A DNA stretch of 64,000 nt from Thermoanaerobaculia bacterium (lineage in GTDB: Bacteria > Acidobacteriota > Thermoanaerobaculia > Multivoradales > JAHEKO01), in assembly GCA_947259725.1 (NCBI GenBank), contig CAMYNM010000001.1:136190-200189 (forward strand). Reading direction: 5' to 3'. The notes beneath the pieces are model-generated. The model was not told the DNA's origin. It saw only the letters and a list, made by a program, of their open reading frames with translations, and made no database searches. How positions within the stretch are numbered: position 1 is the first letter of the stretch; each line of letters starts with the position of its first letter. The position numbers and the translations under genes were made by a program. Of the stretch, positions 17,919 through 27,522 are shown piece after piece.

Positions 17919-18734
17919 CTAGAACCCCATGATCCGGTCCAGGTGCCCTCCCGGTACCACGCGGTAGCCCTTGCCTTCGGGAACGAGATGGAAGGGCATC
18001 GCGATGTCCCAGTACAGCCCCACCAGAAACTTCTCGGCGCCCTTGGCCGGCGAACGGCCGAACTCCCCTCCCTCCAGCCGTACCAGCTCATCCTGTCCGA
18101 TCTCGACCACCGGCATCTCGAGCGCAAGGTAGTAGTACTGGTCCTCGTAGGGCGGCTCGTAGCCGGAGTCGTAGAGCGAAACGGGATCGGTGCCTTTCGG
18201 CACGAGCCCACGTAACTTCTTGAGGTCGTGCTCGAGTAGCGCGATGAGATAGCGACGAACGACCGCCTCCGGGTCGTTCTTCTGAACCTGGCGCCCCTCG
18301 GCGTTTCGCCTCATCGCGCTCCACCAGCGCAGGTCGACCTTCCAACCGGCGTGAGTCTTCACCGTCGTAACTACCATGGGCACGCCACGGTAGGCCAGGC
18401 TGAAGCGGATCGAAGCCCCTTGTGGAAGAACTGCTTCGACCGACTCGCCCAGATCCTCGTACCCCGGAGCCAGATCGATCTCCAACCCCCGAATGTCGTC
18501 TCGCACCGCGGTCTTCGCCGCCTCCCCGAGCGCCTGCTTGCCGATGAAGCCCTCGAGCCCGGCTTCAGACGTCACGTGCTCCGAGGCTCCGGCTTCATCG
18601 TTCTGGTAGATGCCGACGAGAAACGCGCGCGCGACGCGCTCGGCGTCGTCAACCTCAGCCGCCGCCAGCTGACCCGGTACGCTCGAGAGCACCAGAGCGA
18701 TTGCGAGAGAACAGGTTCGCGTCATCCGTATCAT
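17919..18734 (-). CDS. secreted hypothetical protein (signal peptide)
   Basis: MIRMTRTCSLAIALVLSSVPGQLAAAEV signal. RBS AAGGAGGGG at 18741-18749 (minus strand). No recognised catalytic motif. Confidence 0.65.
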   Translation of the reverse strand: MIRMTRTCSLAIALVLSSVPGQLAAAEVDDAERVARAFLVGIYQNDEAGASEHVTSEAGLEGFIGKQALGEAAKTAVRDDIRGLEIDLAPGYEDLGESVEAVLPQGASIRFSLAYRGVPMVVTTVKTHAGWKVDLRWWSAMRRNAEGRQVQKNDPEAVVRRYLIALLEHDLKKLRGLVPKGTDPVSLYDSGYEPPYEDQYYYLALEMPVVEIGQDELVRLEGGEFGRSPAKGAEKFLVGLYWDIAMPFHLVPEGKGYRVVPGGHLDRIMGF

Positions 18735-18740
18735 CGTTAT

Positions 18741-18749
18741 CCCCTCCTT
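18741..18749 (-). promoter_or_regulatory. Shine-Dalgarno AAGGAGGGG, 6 nt upstream of ATG 18734 (minus strand)
   Basis: Reverse complement of cccctcctt at 18741-18749. Confidence 0.5.
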
Positions 18750-19036
18750 GGTCTGGCCAAAAGCTCTCTTTGCCCTGCAGAAGCTACCGACCGCCGGCTC
18801 CGGTCGCAGTGGAGCGAGTAACGGGGGTTACGCCGAGTCGGACCCGAGGAGCCGTCAGGTGCCACCGACTTCGCAGGAGGTAGCTCTTAGCAGACCGGGG
18901 AATCGGTAGGGCCCGGCGGTCGAGACGGTTCCTCGAAGACTGGCCCCTCTTGATCGACAGCACCTTGGCCGGGTCAGGCTCTGATCCAGCCGGCTTCGCC
19001 AAACCAGGGCGTCCAGTCGCCTTCTCGGGACTCGAC

Positions 19037-19717
19037 CTACCAGCCGCCCCTTGCCTTCAACGAGACCCAGCGCTCACCTCCGCCCAGGATCAGGTGATCC
19101 AGAAGCTCAATGCCGACGACTCGCCCGGCCTCCGCCAAACGACGAGTGAACGCCAGATCTTCGGCACTCGGCGACGGATCGCCACTCGGGTGGGTATGGA
19201 AGATCACCAGCCGCGCCGCGTCGGCGAGCAGGGCCTTCTTGAGCAATTGCCGCGGCGAGACCGCCGCCCGCTGCAGGGTGCCCCGAAAGACCTCTGCCTC
19301 GCCCACCAGGCGGTTCTTGGCGTCCAGAAACAACGCTCCCAGGATTTCCTGGCCCTGGCGGGCATACCGGAGTCGCAGATAGCGCGCGACGCAATCCGGC
19401 CGGTTGAGCAGGTCCTGCTCGGGCAGTTCGCTTCTGGCCAGTCTCCGTCCCAGCTCCACCGCGGCCAGCAGCGCCGCACTCTTGGCCGGACCGATTCCCG
19501 GTCGCCGCAGCCGATCCGGATCGATTCCGACCAACCCGGCGAGGCCGGATCGCTCCCGAAGGAGATCGCGCGCCATATCCAGAGCCGAACGGCCGGCGCC
19601 TCCGGTTCGGAGCAGAATCGCCAGAAGCTCGCTGTCCGCCAGCGCCCCTCCACCGTTGGCCAGCAGGCGCTCCCGGGGCCGCTCGGATGTGTCGAGGTCG
19701 CAGATCAGGCCGGGCAT
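19037..19717 (-). CDS. radC: RadC-family JAB/MPN domain protein (UPF0758)
   Basis: N-terminal HhH-like region (ADSELLAILLRTG…) and JAMM motif VIFHTHPSGDPSPSAED. ATG 19717 is the internal Met of the longer track ORF. Confidence 0.85.
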   Translation of the reverse strand: MPGLICDLDTSERPRERLLANGGGALADSELLAILLRTGGAGRSALDMARDLLRERSGLAGLVGIDPDRLRRPGIGPAKSAALLAAVELGRRLARSELPEQDLLNRPDCVARYLRLRYARQGQEILGALFLDAKNRLVGEAEVFRGTLQRAAVSPRQLLKKALLADAARLVIFHTHPSGDPSPSAEDLAFTRRLAEAGRVVGIELLDHLILGGGERWVSLKARGGW

Positions 19718-19865
19718 ACAGAGGATAGAGACGCCCCCGACTTCGCTCTTCTGGCGTTGGCGGGGCAGAAGCGGAGGTCGCTCGACACGGCGATCGACCG
19801 CTACAAGACCCGTGGAAGAACCAGTCGGGAGGGGACACCAAGGAATGGTGTCCCCGATGACTCGA

Positions 19866-20621
19866 TTAGCCGCAGAGGACGCTGCCGCCGTTGACGTTGA
19901 GGATCTCGCCGGTGATGTGCCGCGCGAGCGGCGAAGCCAAGAAGAGCACGGCTCCGGCGATGTCCTCGGCGGTCGCCACACGGGCGAGCGGGATGGATTT
20001 TTCGATGGCCTCGCGCCCGCCCCCTTGGTAGGCGCCGGCCGACATGTCGGTATCGACCCACCCGGGAGCCACAGAATTCACCCGGATCGCGGGTGCCAGC
20101 TCCGAGGCCCACGACTTGGTCATCGAGATCAGCGCGCCCTTGCTGGCGGCATAGGGGCTGTGAAACGCCTCGCCGCGCTGGCCGGCGGTGGAGCTGATGT
20201 TGACGATCGACGGATCCTCGGAAGCCCGAAGTAGTCCCAGGGCGGCCTGAGTCGTCCAGAAGACCCCGTCGACGTTGAGCCTCCAGGTCCCTTCGAGCCG
20301 TGCCTCATCCAAGGTAGCAAGCTCATTGCGTACCCAGACGCCGGCATTGTTGACCAGGCAATCCAAGTCGGACCAGGTCGCCGCGACGCGATCGATGAGG
20401 CCTGCGGCCTGGGACCTTTCCGACAGGTCGGCGCCGCTCATCGCGTGAGGCGCACCCGCCGGCTTCGCCAGGCCGTCCGAGACCTCCCGGGCCGCGCTTT
20501 CGTTCGAGCCGTAGTGGACCCACACCGACGCACCCGCGCGCGCGAAAAGACGGCAGCACGCGGCGCCGATCCCACGGCTGCCGCCGGTCACCAGGACTTT
20601 CCGGCCGGCCAGCTCGATCAT
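19866..20621 (-). CDS. SDR-family oxidoreductase (acetoacetyl-CoA / 3-oxoacyl reductase-like)
   Basis: KVLVTGGSRGIGAA (TGxxxGxG), NNAG, and an S…YAASK catalytic pattern. ATG 20621 lies 2 nt after the thiolase stop. Confidence 0.85.
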   Translation of the reverse strand: MIELAGRKVLVTGGSRGIGAACCRLFARAGASVWVHYGSNESAAREVSDGLAKPAGAPHAMSGADLSERSQAAGLIDRVAATWSDLDCLVNNAGVWVRNELATLDEARLEGTWRLNVDGVFWTTQAALGLLRASEDPSIVNISSTAGQRGEAFHSPYAASKGALISMTKSWASELAPAIRVNSVAPGWVDTDMSAGAYQGGGREAIEKSIPLARVATAEDIAGAVLFLASPLARHITGEILNVNGGSVLCG

Positions 20622-20623
20622 GC

Positions 20624-21814
20624 TCAGCCCGCCGATTCGACGACGATCGCGATGCCCTGGCCGCCGCCGATACAGGCGGACGCCACGCCGACGCCGCCGC
20701 CCCGGCGCCCGAGCTCCTTGAGCAGGGTCAAAGTGATCCGGGTGCCGGTGGCTCCGAGGGGATGACCGAGCGCGATCGCCCCGCCGTTCACGTTGAGCTT
20801 GGCCACATCGAGATCGAGCTCCTTGACGCAGGCCAGGATCTGGCCGGCGAAGGCTTCGTTGATCTCGATCAGGTCGAAGTCGCCGATCTCCATACCGGCT
20901 CGCTCGGCCGCGGCGCGCATCGCCGGCGCCGGACCGATCCCCATACGTGAGGGATCCACGCCGACCACCGCCCACGACTTGATGCGCCCGAGCGGAGTCT
21001 TACCCCACTCGGCGGCCTTTTCCTCGGTGGCAAGCAGCATCATGGCGGCGCCGTCCACGATCCCGGAGGCATTGCCGGCCGTAACGAAGCTGTCGTCGCC
21101 GAAGACCGTCGGCAGACGAGCGAGAGTCTCCATGGTCGTCTCGGGCCGCAGATGCTCATCGCGCTCGAGAGTCCGAGCCCGCTTGCCCTTGCCGACCTCG
21201 ATGGGCGTGACCTCCTCCGCGAGCCTACCGGCGTCCCATGCCGCCGCGGCCCGCTGCTGGCTCGTCACCGCGAACTGGTCCTGCTCTTCCCGCGAGATAT
21301 CGTAGTCGCGGGCCAGGTTGTTGCTGGTCTGCGCCATGTAGCAGCCGCAGTAGGGGTCCAGGAGCGATGCCATCAAGAGGTCCTCGAGCTTGCCCTGGCC
21401 GATCCCGAAGCCCTGCCGCGCGCCCCAGATCACGTGTGGGGCCTGGCTCATGCTCTCGATTCCGCCCACCAGGCAGGTTTCGCCCTCGCCGTTGAGGATC
21501 ACGTGGGCGCCGCTGACGATCGCCTGAATGCCCGAGCCGCAGAGTCGATTCACGGTCAGCGCCGGGACCTCCTGGGGCACACCCGACTTGAGCGCCACGT
21601 GGCGCGCTCCGTAGATCGCGTCGCGAGAGGTCTGCAGCGCGTTGCCGACGATCGAATGGTCGACTTCGCTGGGTGACACGCCGGCGCGCTCGAATAGGGC
21701 CTTGGCTGCATGCGCACCCAGATCGATGGCCGACACTCCGGCCAGCGATTGGTTGAACTCACCCATCGGTGTGCGTACCCCGTCGACCAGAACCAGGTTT
21801 TTCGTCAATTTCAT
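20624..21814 (-). CDS. acetyl-CoA C-acetyltransferase (thiolase II)
   Basis: VNRLCGSGIQAI (active-site Cys), NVNGGAIALGHPLGATG and CIGGGQG. ATG 21814 is preceded by GAAGGAG. Confidence 0.9.
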   Translation of the reverse strand: MKLTKNLVLVDGVRTPMGEFNQSLAGVSAIDLGAHAAKALFERAGVSPSEVDHSIVGNALQTSRDAIYGARHVALKSGVPQEVPALTVNRLCGSGIQAIVSGAHVILNGEGETCLVGGIESMSQAPHVIWGARQGFGIGQGKLEDLLMASLLDPYCGCYMAQTSNNLARDYDISREEQDQFAVTSQQRAAAAWDAGRLAEEVTPIEVGKGKRARTLERDEHLRPETTMETLARLPTVFGDDSFVTAGNASGIVDGAAMMLLATEEKAAEWGKTPLGRIKSWAVVGVDPSRMGIGPAPAMRAAAERAGMEIGDFDLIEINEAFAGQILACVKELDLDVAKLNVNGGAIALGHPLGATGTRITLTLLKELGRRGGGVGVASACIGGGQGIAIVVESAG

Positions 21815-21905
21815 GTCCGAGTGCTCCTTCACACCGCGATGTTAGTCGAGTTCCGATCCTGCTAACCCGAGCTCGGGCTCGGAGATTCCCGGCGGTCGCC
21901 GGCGC

Positions 21906-22937
21906 TCATGTGCTCACCTCGAGGAACCGAGCTCGCCATTCCACCAACGAAACCGAGACCGAGCTGCGGTGAGCCAGAAGAACTCGAATCTCCTTGGTTT
22001 CGGGCGAGAACCAGGCTCCACCCCCGGTAAAGCCGGTGTGACCGTACCAGAGTCCCGAACGCCCGGCTGCCGCCGGTGGGCTCCGCCGCCAGCCCAGGGC
22101 GAACTCGCCGCGGCCCCCGAGCGCCCGCTCGACCTGCCGGCACTCGAGAAGCGCGCCGGGCTCGACCCACTCCGCGGCCAGTCGCCAAATCGCCCGCGCC
22201 GATCCGAACAGGCCCGCGTGCCCCGCGGGCCCACCCAGAAAACGGGCGTTGCCATCCTGGATCGCGCCGATGCTCGGTGCTCTCCGGAGCCCGATGTCGA
22301 TCCCCTGCGCCCGCGCCAGCTGCCGCTCCCGTTGATTGCCGAGCCGGCATTCGACCGCCGCCGGCATGTCGCCGGGCGGCTCCGAAAGACCGCGCAGACC
22401 CAGAGGCCGGACGATCCGCTCCTCCACCAGAGAACCCAAAGACCGCTCGGTCACGGCTTCGACGAGGAGACCCCAGAGGATGTAGCCGAGATCGCTGTAG
22501 GTCGCGGGCGCAGCTCCGAGAAGATCGGGGCTCGACGTCAGCAGTTCGACCGCTTCCTCGGGGCGTCGACAACGCGCGAACAGCGGCGCCCAGGCGGTCA
22601 GCCCGGAGCGATGCCGCAGAAGCGTTACGAGCCTGCGGGAGCGCAGGCTCGGGTCGATTTCGAAGCCCGAGCCGTGCAGGACCCGACCCACTGATGCCCT
22701 GGTCGAGAGGCCGCCCGAGCGCTCCAAAGCCAGGGCCAGGGTCGCTGTCACGGGCTTGGTGAGCGACGCCAGATCGAAAAGGCTGGAGGTGGTGACCCGC
22801 CCCGAGCGCCGTCGGCGCTTGACGCCCACCCCACCTTCCCGAGCGATCCCCCGGGCGTCTCCGAGCACCGCCGCGGCGGCGGTCACGGCACCCGAGGCGT
22901 GAAGCTCGGAAAGGAAGCTCTGGAGTCCCTGCGCCAC
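21906..22937 (-). CDS. serine hydrolase, class C beta-lactamase/esterase family
   Basis: LASLTKPVTA (S-x-x-K nucleophile motif), a YSDLGY-type second element and a C-terminal HTGFTGG. Confidence 0.8.
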   Translation of the reverse strand: MAQGLQSFLSELHASGAVTAAAAVLGDARGIAREGGVGVKRRRRSGRVTTSSLFDLASLTKPVTATLALALERSGGLSTRASVGRVLHGSGFEIDPSLRSRRLVTLLRHRSGLTAWAPLFARCRRPEEAVELLTSSPDLLGAAPATYSDLGYILWGLLVEAVTERSLGSLVEERIVRPLGLRGLSEPPGDMPAAVECRLGNQRERQLARAQGIDIGLRRAPSIGAIQDGNARFLGGPAGHAGLFGSARAIWRLAAEWVEPGALLECRQVERALGGRGEFALGWRRSPPAAAGRSGLWYGHTGFTGGGAWFSPETKEIRVLLAHRSSVSVSLVEWRARFLEVST

Positions 22938-22940
22938 GGG

Positions 22941-24131
22941 TTATCCGTAGTTGGCCGGATGGCCGGTTTGCAAGATCACCACGCGATCGGCGCGGTCGAT
23001 GACTCCGTCGGCGACCAGCCGCTCGAGGGCGACCCAACACGCCGCGCCTTCGGGTCCCCAGTCGAGTCCCGTTGCACTCGGCAGATCTCTGACCGCCATT
23101 TCTACCTCCTCCTCTGCGACGGCCACCGCCGTGCCGCCGGTCGCCCGCAGAGCGCGGAGGATCAGAAAGTCTCCCACCGCACGGGGCACCCTGAGGCCCC
23201 AGACGCGAGTTCGCGGATCCGGCCACGGCTCGGCGTCGTCCCGGCCCTCCGCGAACGCCTTGACGATCGGCGCGCAGCCGGCCATCTGGACCGAGACCAT
23301 GCGGGGTCGCCTCGAGCCCACCAGGCCGAGCGCCTCGAGCTCGTCGAAGGCCTTGGGAATCCCGATCAGGCCTGTGCCGCCGCCGGTCGGATACAGGATC
23401 CACTCGGGCGGGCTCCAGCCGAACTGCTCCGCGAGCTCGAAGCCCATCGTCTTCTTGCCTTCCAGCCGGTAGGGCTCTCGCAACGTCGAGACGTCCAGGA
23501 GCTCGGGCGCCTGTTCCGCCAGCCAGGCCCCCGACTCGACCAAGGTCGTCCCGATGGCGTCGACCCGAGCTCCGTATGAGCGGACCTTCGCGATGACGCT
23601 TTCCGGCGTGTCCGCCGGCACGGCCACCCGGCACGGCAGCCCGCAGGCGGCTGCATAGGCCGCGGCGGCGATCGCCGCGTTGCCGGCGCTGGGCAGCCGC
23701 ACTCCCGGAGCTCCCAGTTCGCGCGCCCGGTTGAGCGCCATCGAGAGACCTCTCGCCTTGAAGGAGCCGGTCGGATTGCCAGCCTCCTGCTTTACCCAGA
23801 CCCGGCCACCCAGGGCGGCTTCTCCGGACAGGGCCACCAACGGCGTGCCACCCTCACCGAGATCGGCGCGGTCCTCGGGACGGTCCAGGGGCAAGAGCTC
23901 CCGGTAGCGCCACATGGTCCACGGACGATGTGTCAGGGCGCGCTGCAACTGCCGCCCACGCTCCGTCTCGAGTTCGTATTCGACCAGCCAGGGAGCGCCG
24001 ACAGCCGAGAGGTTGTGCAGCTCGGTCAGGCGCTCTCTCTCCCCGGAGCGTGAACACACGAGTCCCGTAGCCCAATTCACTTTGTATCTCCCTACTGGCG
24101 TTCCCTGCGTTCGAGCGCTCGCCTGCCGCAC
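22941..24131 (-). CDS. threonine synthase-family PLP-dependent enzyme (fold type II) with degenerate N-terminal zinc-ribbon-like extension
   Basis: MWRYRELLPL, EGGTPLV and NPTGSFKARG (PLP Lys), plus the ligand loop GGTGLIG. GTG start 24131; an alternative start is the internal ATG at MWRY. Confidence 0.75.
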   Translation of the reverse strand: MRQASARTQGTPVGRYKVNWATGLVCSRSGERERLTELHNLSAVGAPWLVEYELETERGRQLQRALTHRPWTMWRYRELLPLDRPEDRADLGEGGTPLVALSGEAALGGRVWVKQEAGNPTGSFKARGLSMALNRARELGAPGVRLPSAGNAAIAAAAYAAACGLPCRVAVPADTPESVIAKVRSYGARVDAIGTTLVESGAWLAEQAPELLDVSTLREPYRLEGKKTMGFELAEQFGWSPPEWILYPTGGGTGLIGIPKAFDELEALGLVGSRRPRMVSVQMAGCAPIVKAFAEGRDDAEPWPDPRTRVWGLRVPRAVGDFLILRALRATGGTAVAVAEEEVEMAVRDLPSATGLDWGPEGAACWVALERLVADGVIDRADRVVILQTGHPANYG

Positions 24132-24224
24132 GTGGCGCAGTGGCGATTGTCACATTCGGGCAATCTATCAGCGGCTACGATCAGGGTGCCGGGAACCGCG
24201 CTCTTCGGCCCGGCGCGTCGGACC

Positions 24225-26267
24225 ATGAGTCAGAAAGCCACCTTCGAAACTGCCCGGATCCCGGCCGAAGCGCTGGTCGATCCGGGCAATGGACCGGCCG
24301 GCGAGCTCCAGCGCCTCGACCGTTACGAGCTCAAGAAACAGCTCAACAAGGGCGGCTTCGCCACGGTCTACGAGGCCTACGACCCGCGAATCAAGCGCTC
24401 GGTGGCGGTCAAGAAGTGCTCGTCGCTGGATGAGGAAAACCACGAACGATTCTTCCGCGAGGCAGAGATCGCTGGCAACCTGAGCCACCCGAACATCGTG
24501 CGGATTTTCGATTTCGGAGTGGCCGACGGGATCCCGTTCATCGTCCAGGAGCTCCTGGGCGGCAAGGATCTGACCGACTGGATCGAATCAGGACTCGAGC
24601 TCTCGACCTATGACCGCGTCCGGATTCTGCTGCAAGTATCTGACGGGCTTGCGTACGCCCATTCTCGCGACGTCATTCATCGCGACGTCAAGCCGGGCAA
24701 TGTCCGGGTGCTCGAGGACGGCTCGATCAAGCTTCTGGATTTCGGGGTCGCGGCCATCCAGGAGGCGCCCTCCGACCTGACCCAGGCCGGCACCACGGTC
24801 GGGACCGCAGCCTATCTCGCCCCCGAGCAGATTCGCGGTGAGCGGCCCGGCCGTGCCACGGACCTCTTCTCTTTCGGAGTCATGGCCTACGAGCTGCTCT
24901 CGGGGCATCGACCCTTCGAAGGCGAGACTCTCTCGGCCGTGCTCTACCAGATCGCCCATCAGCAGCCCGAGGAGCTGCGGGCCGGAGCGATTCCCAACCG
25001 TCTGGTTCGCCTGGTCCACCGCTGCCTCGCCAAGGATGCAAGGCAGCGCCCCGACGGTTTTGACGAGGTTGTCGCCGAACTCGAGGAAGTGCTCCGCGAT
25101 CCCCGATTGGCACCACCTTCGGCGGACACGGTGCCGATCCAGACCCACCCGCAAGCGCCTCCGTCCGCGTTCCGGCCGGCCGCCGCTCGCGCTCACCGGC
25201 AGCCCTCGCGACCGTTACCCACACGCCCACGGGTGCCGAGGTTCTCCGAGCAGCCCTTGGATGGCCCCAGACCTCCACTGCGGAACTCTTCGGCTCGCAT
25301 TCAGGTCGCGCGCCGCCGGAGGCGCAAGGGCAAGGCACTCGCGACCCTGGCGCTTCTGCTGGTGGCCGGCGCGACGTTCGTGGTGCTCGGAGGACCGCTC
25401 CCCGAGCCGGTCTCGGGCGTCGTCGGCCGGGCGGCCGACCTGCTGCCGCCCGAAGTGCGTGACTGGGTCGATTCCATCGGCCCGACGCGGACCACCGCAA
25501 ATCGCGGGCCGGCGGCGCCCGGAGCTCTGGCCGGAAATCCGGCCGAGGCTGAGGTCGCCGGTACCACATCTCAGCAGAAGCTCGGAACGGACTCGATGCC
25601 CACCGAAGCGGCCGATCCCGACGAGGCTGTGACGCAGCCCGCCTCCGAAGCGACGTCGGGTCCCGCTCCGGATCCAGTCTCCGCGGCGGTGGCCGCCCTG
25701 GAGGCTCGGCGCCAGCCTCGCCGAGGGGATGCGCCCGCGCCCGGCCGGACGGCGCGACGTTCGAGCTCTTCCGCGCCCGCGACCGTGTTCCTGCCTCCCA
25801 GCTGGCATCCCCAGATGATGGTCTCGATCGACGGCGGTGCCTTCCAGGCTCTGGACCGGCGCCGGATGCAGGAGCTGCGCCCGGGCACCCACCAGCTGAC
25901 CTTCTGGCTCAACACCCTGTCCTACCAGGCACGCCGTACCCTGGACTTCGAGTTCGAGCCCGGGGAGACGCGAACCGTCGAGTCGCCGCTCGCTCCTCCG
26001 GCCGCTCTTCGCATCGCGCTGGAACCGGAAACCCTGGCGGCGCGCGTCGAGATCGACGGCCGCACGGTCAAGCTGCCGCTGGACGGTCTGGAGGTGCTCG
26101 AGCCCGGCAACCACCGGCTGACGCTTTACGCCTCGCCGGCAGATCCCCTCGGACCGCTGACCAAGATGGTCGAGCTGCACGCCGCCACCGTTCACCAGGT
26201 CACCTTCGACATGCGCCGGCGACGGGCCTTGCTCGAAACCCGCGAAGCCTACAAATGGGACGGCTAG
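24225..26267 (+). CDS. Hanks-type Ser/Thr protein kinase with Pro-rich linker, TM helix and C-terminal extracytoplasmic domain
   Basis: KQLNKGGFATVYEAYD…AVKK, HRDVKPGNVRV, DFGVAA and APEQ motifs. A TM helix lies at ALATLALLLVAGATFVVLGG. ATG 24225. Confidence 0.85.
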   Translation: MSQKATFETARIPAEALVDPGNGPAGELQRLDRYELKKQLNKGGFATVYEAYDPRIKRSVAVKKCSSLDEENHERFFREAEIAGNLSHPNIVRIFDFGVADGIPFIVQELLGGKDLTDWIESGLELSTYDRVRILLQVSDGLAYAHSRDVIHRDVKPGNVRVLEDGSIKLLDFGVAAIQEAPSDLTQAGTTVGTAAYLAPEQIRGERPGRATDLFSFGVMAYELLSGHRPFEGETLSAVLYQIAHQQPEELRAGAIPNRLVRLVHRCLAKDARQRPDGFDEVVAELEEVLRDPRLAPPSADTVPIQTHPQAPPSAFRPAAARAHRQPSRPLPTRPRVPRFSEQPLDGPRPPLRNSSARIQVARRRRRKGKALATLALLLVAGATFVVLGGPLPEPVSGVVGRAADLLPPEVRDWVDSIGPTRTTANRGPAAPGALAGNPAEAEVAGTTSQQKLGTDSMPTEAADPDEAVTQPASEATSGPAPDPVSAAVAALEARRQPRRGDAPAPGRTARRSSSSAPATVFLPPSWHPQMMVSIDGGAFQALDRRRMQELRPGTHQLTFWLNTLSYQARRTLDFEFEPGETRTVESPLAPPAALRIALEPETLAARVEIDGRTVKLPLDGLEVLEPGNHRLTLYASPADPLGPLTKMVELHAATVHQVTFDMRRRRALLETREAYKWDG

Positions 26268-26280
26268 GCGGGCGCCGCTC

Positions 26281-27522
26281 TCAGGAACCTCGGGGCGTTC
26301 CGGCGCGCGACAAGCCGGCCACATAGCTTTCGCGGTAGCGACCCGCGACCGCGCCCCAGGTCAGCTCGCGCACCGCCTTGCGGCGGGCGTTGTCACCCAT
26401 CTCGCGAGCCCGGCCGAGCGCCGAGAGCAGTCCGGCCAGCGCAGAGCGGAGCTGCTCGGCGTTGCGCTCTTCCACCAGCGCCCCGTGAACGCCGTCCTCG
26501 ACCGCCAGCGGGATGCCGGAGATCCCCGAAGCCACCACTGGTAGACCCGAAGCCATGGCCTCCAAGATGACGTTGGGAAGGCCGTCGACGTTGCCCTTGA
26601 CGTCGTGCACCGCCGGCAGAACGAAAATATCCGAGGCACGGTAGAGATCCGGAAGAGTATCGCGTAACACTATTCCCGGGAGATGGACCCGGTCGCTCCA
26701 CCGCGCCGTTCGCTCACGGAAGGCGTCGAGCAGATCGCCCGCACCCGCAAGGCAAACATGGGCCGAGGGAAAGTCGTCGAGCAGGGCCGGGAGGACCTCC
26801 AACAGCACGTGAAACCCTTTCTTGGTCACCATCCGGCCGACCCCGAGCAGCAATGGCGCAGTCTCGGGAACCCCTAATCGATCCCTCCATTCCCGGCCCC
26901 GCTCGCGGTCCGGCGAGAAAGTCTCGACGTCGACGCCGTAAGGAATCACGCTCGCTCGAGCACGCGGGAAACCAAGGGCACAGACCCTGTCGACCAATTC
27001 CGGCGAGCAGCCGGTCAGAAAGCTCGAGCGAGCGAGCGACCGACCGACCAGGCTACGCACGCCGCCACGCTCGGCAAGAAAGACGTCGCTACCGTGCAGG
27101 CCGGGACCGATCGCGAGGCGTTTTGCGAACGGCGCCGCGACCAGCGCGTTGGGCACGACCCAATGCGCGTGCAGAAGGTCGAAGCTCTCTCTACTCAGCA
27201 TTCGCCGGATCTTTCGGCGCGCACTCAGAGCGTACAGAGGCGTCGCCAGGAACGCGGCCGCGCGAATCGACTCGTCGCGGTCCAGGCTGCGGCTGTAGCC
27301 GATCACCTCGATCGTCTCCGGCGCGTACCGGAAACTCTCGACGCGAACGCCGTCTACCTCCCAGGCGTCCGCTACGCCGCGGGAATGAGGCGTGAGCACC
27401 GTGACCTCGTCGCCTCCTGCGACCAGCCCTCGCGCGAGCTCTTGAATGAAGGGTCCCGCCGTGTCGTCGGCGAAGCGTGGAAAGGTCTGGGTAAGGAAGA
27501 GGACCTTCAGGCCACCGCTCAC
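26281..27522 (-). CDS. glycosyltransferase family 4 (GT-B)
   Basis: The C-terminal EAMASGLPVVASGISGIP…GALVE matches the GT4 E-x7-E region. Confidence 0.85.
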   Translation of the reverse strand: MSGGLKVLFLTQTFPRFADDTAGPFIQELARGLVAGGDEVTVLTPHSRGVADAWEVDGVRVESFRYAPETIEVIGYSRSLDRDESIRAAAFLATPLYALSARRKIRRMLSRESFDLLHAHWVVPNALVAAPFAKRLAIGPGLHGSDVFLAERGGVRSLVGRSLARSSFLTGCSPELVDRVCALGFPRARASVIPYGVDVETFSPDRERGREWRDRLGVPETAPLLLGVGRMVTKKGFHVLLEVLPALLDDFPSAHVCLAGAGDLLDAFRERTARWSDRVHLPGIVLRDTLPDLYRASDIFVLPAVHDVKGNVDGLPNVILEAMASGLPVVASGISGIPLAVEDGVHGALVEERNAEQLRSALAGLLSALGRAREMGDNARRKAVRELTWGAVAGRYRESYVAGLSRAGTPRGS

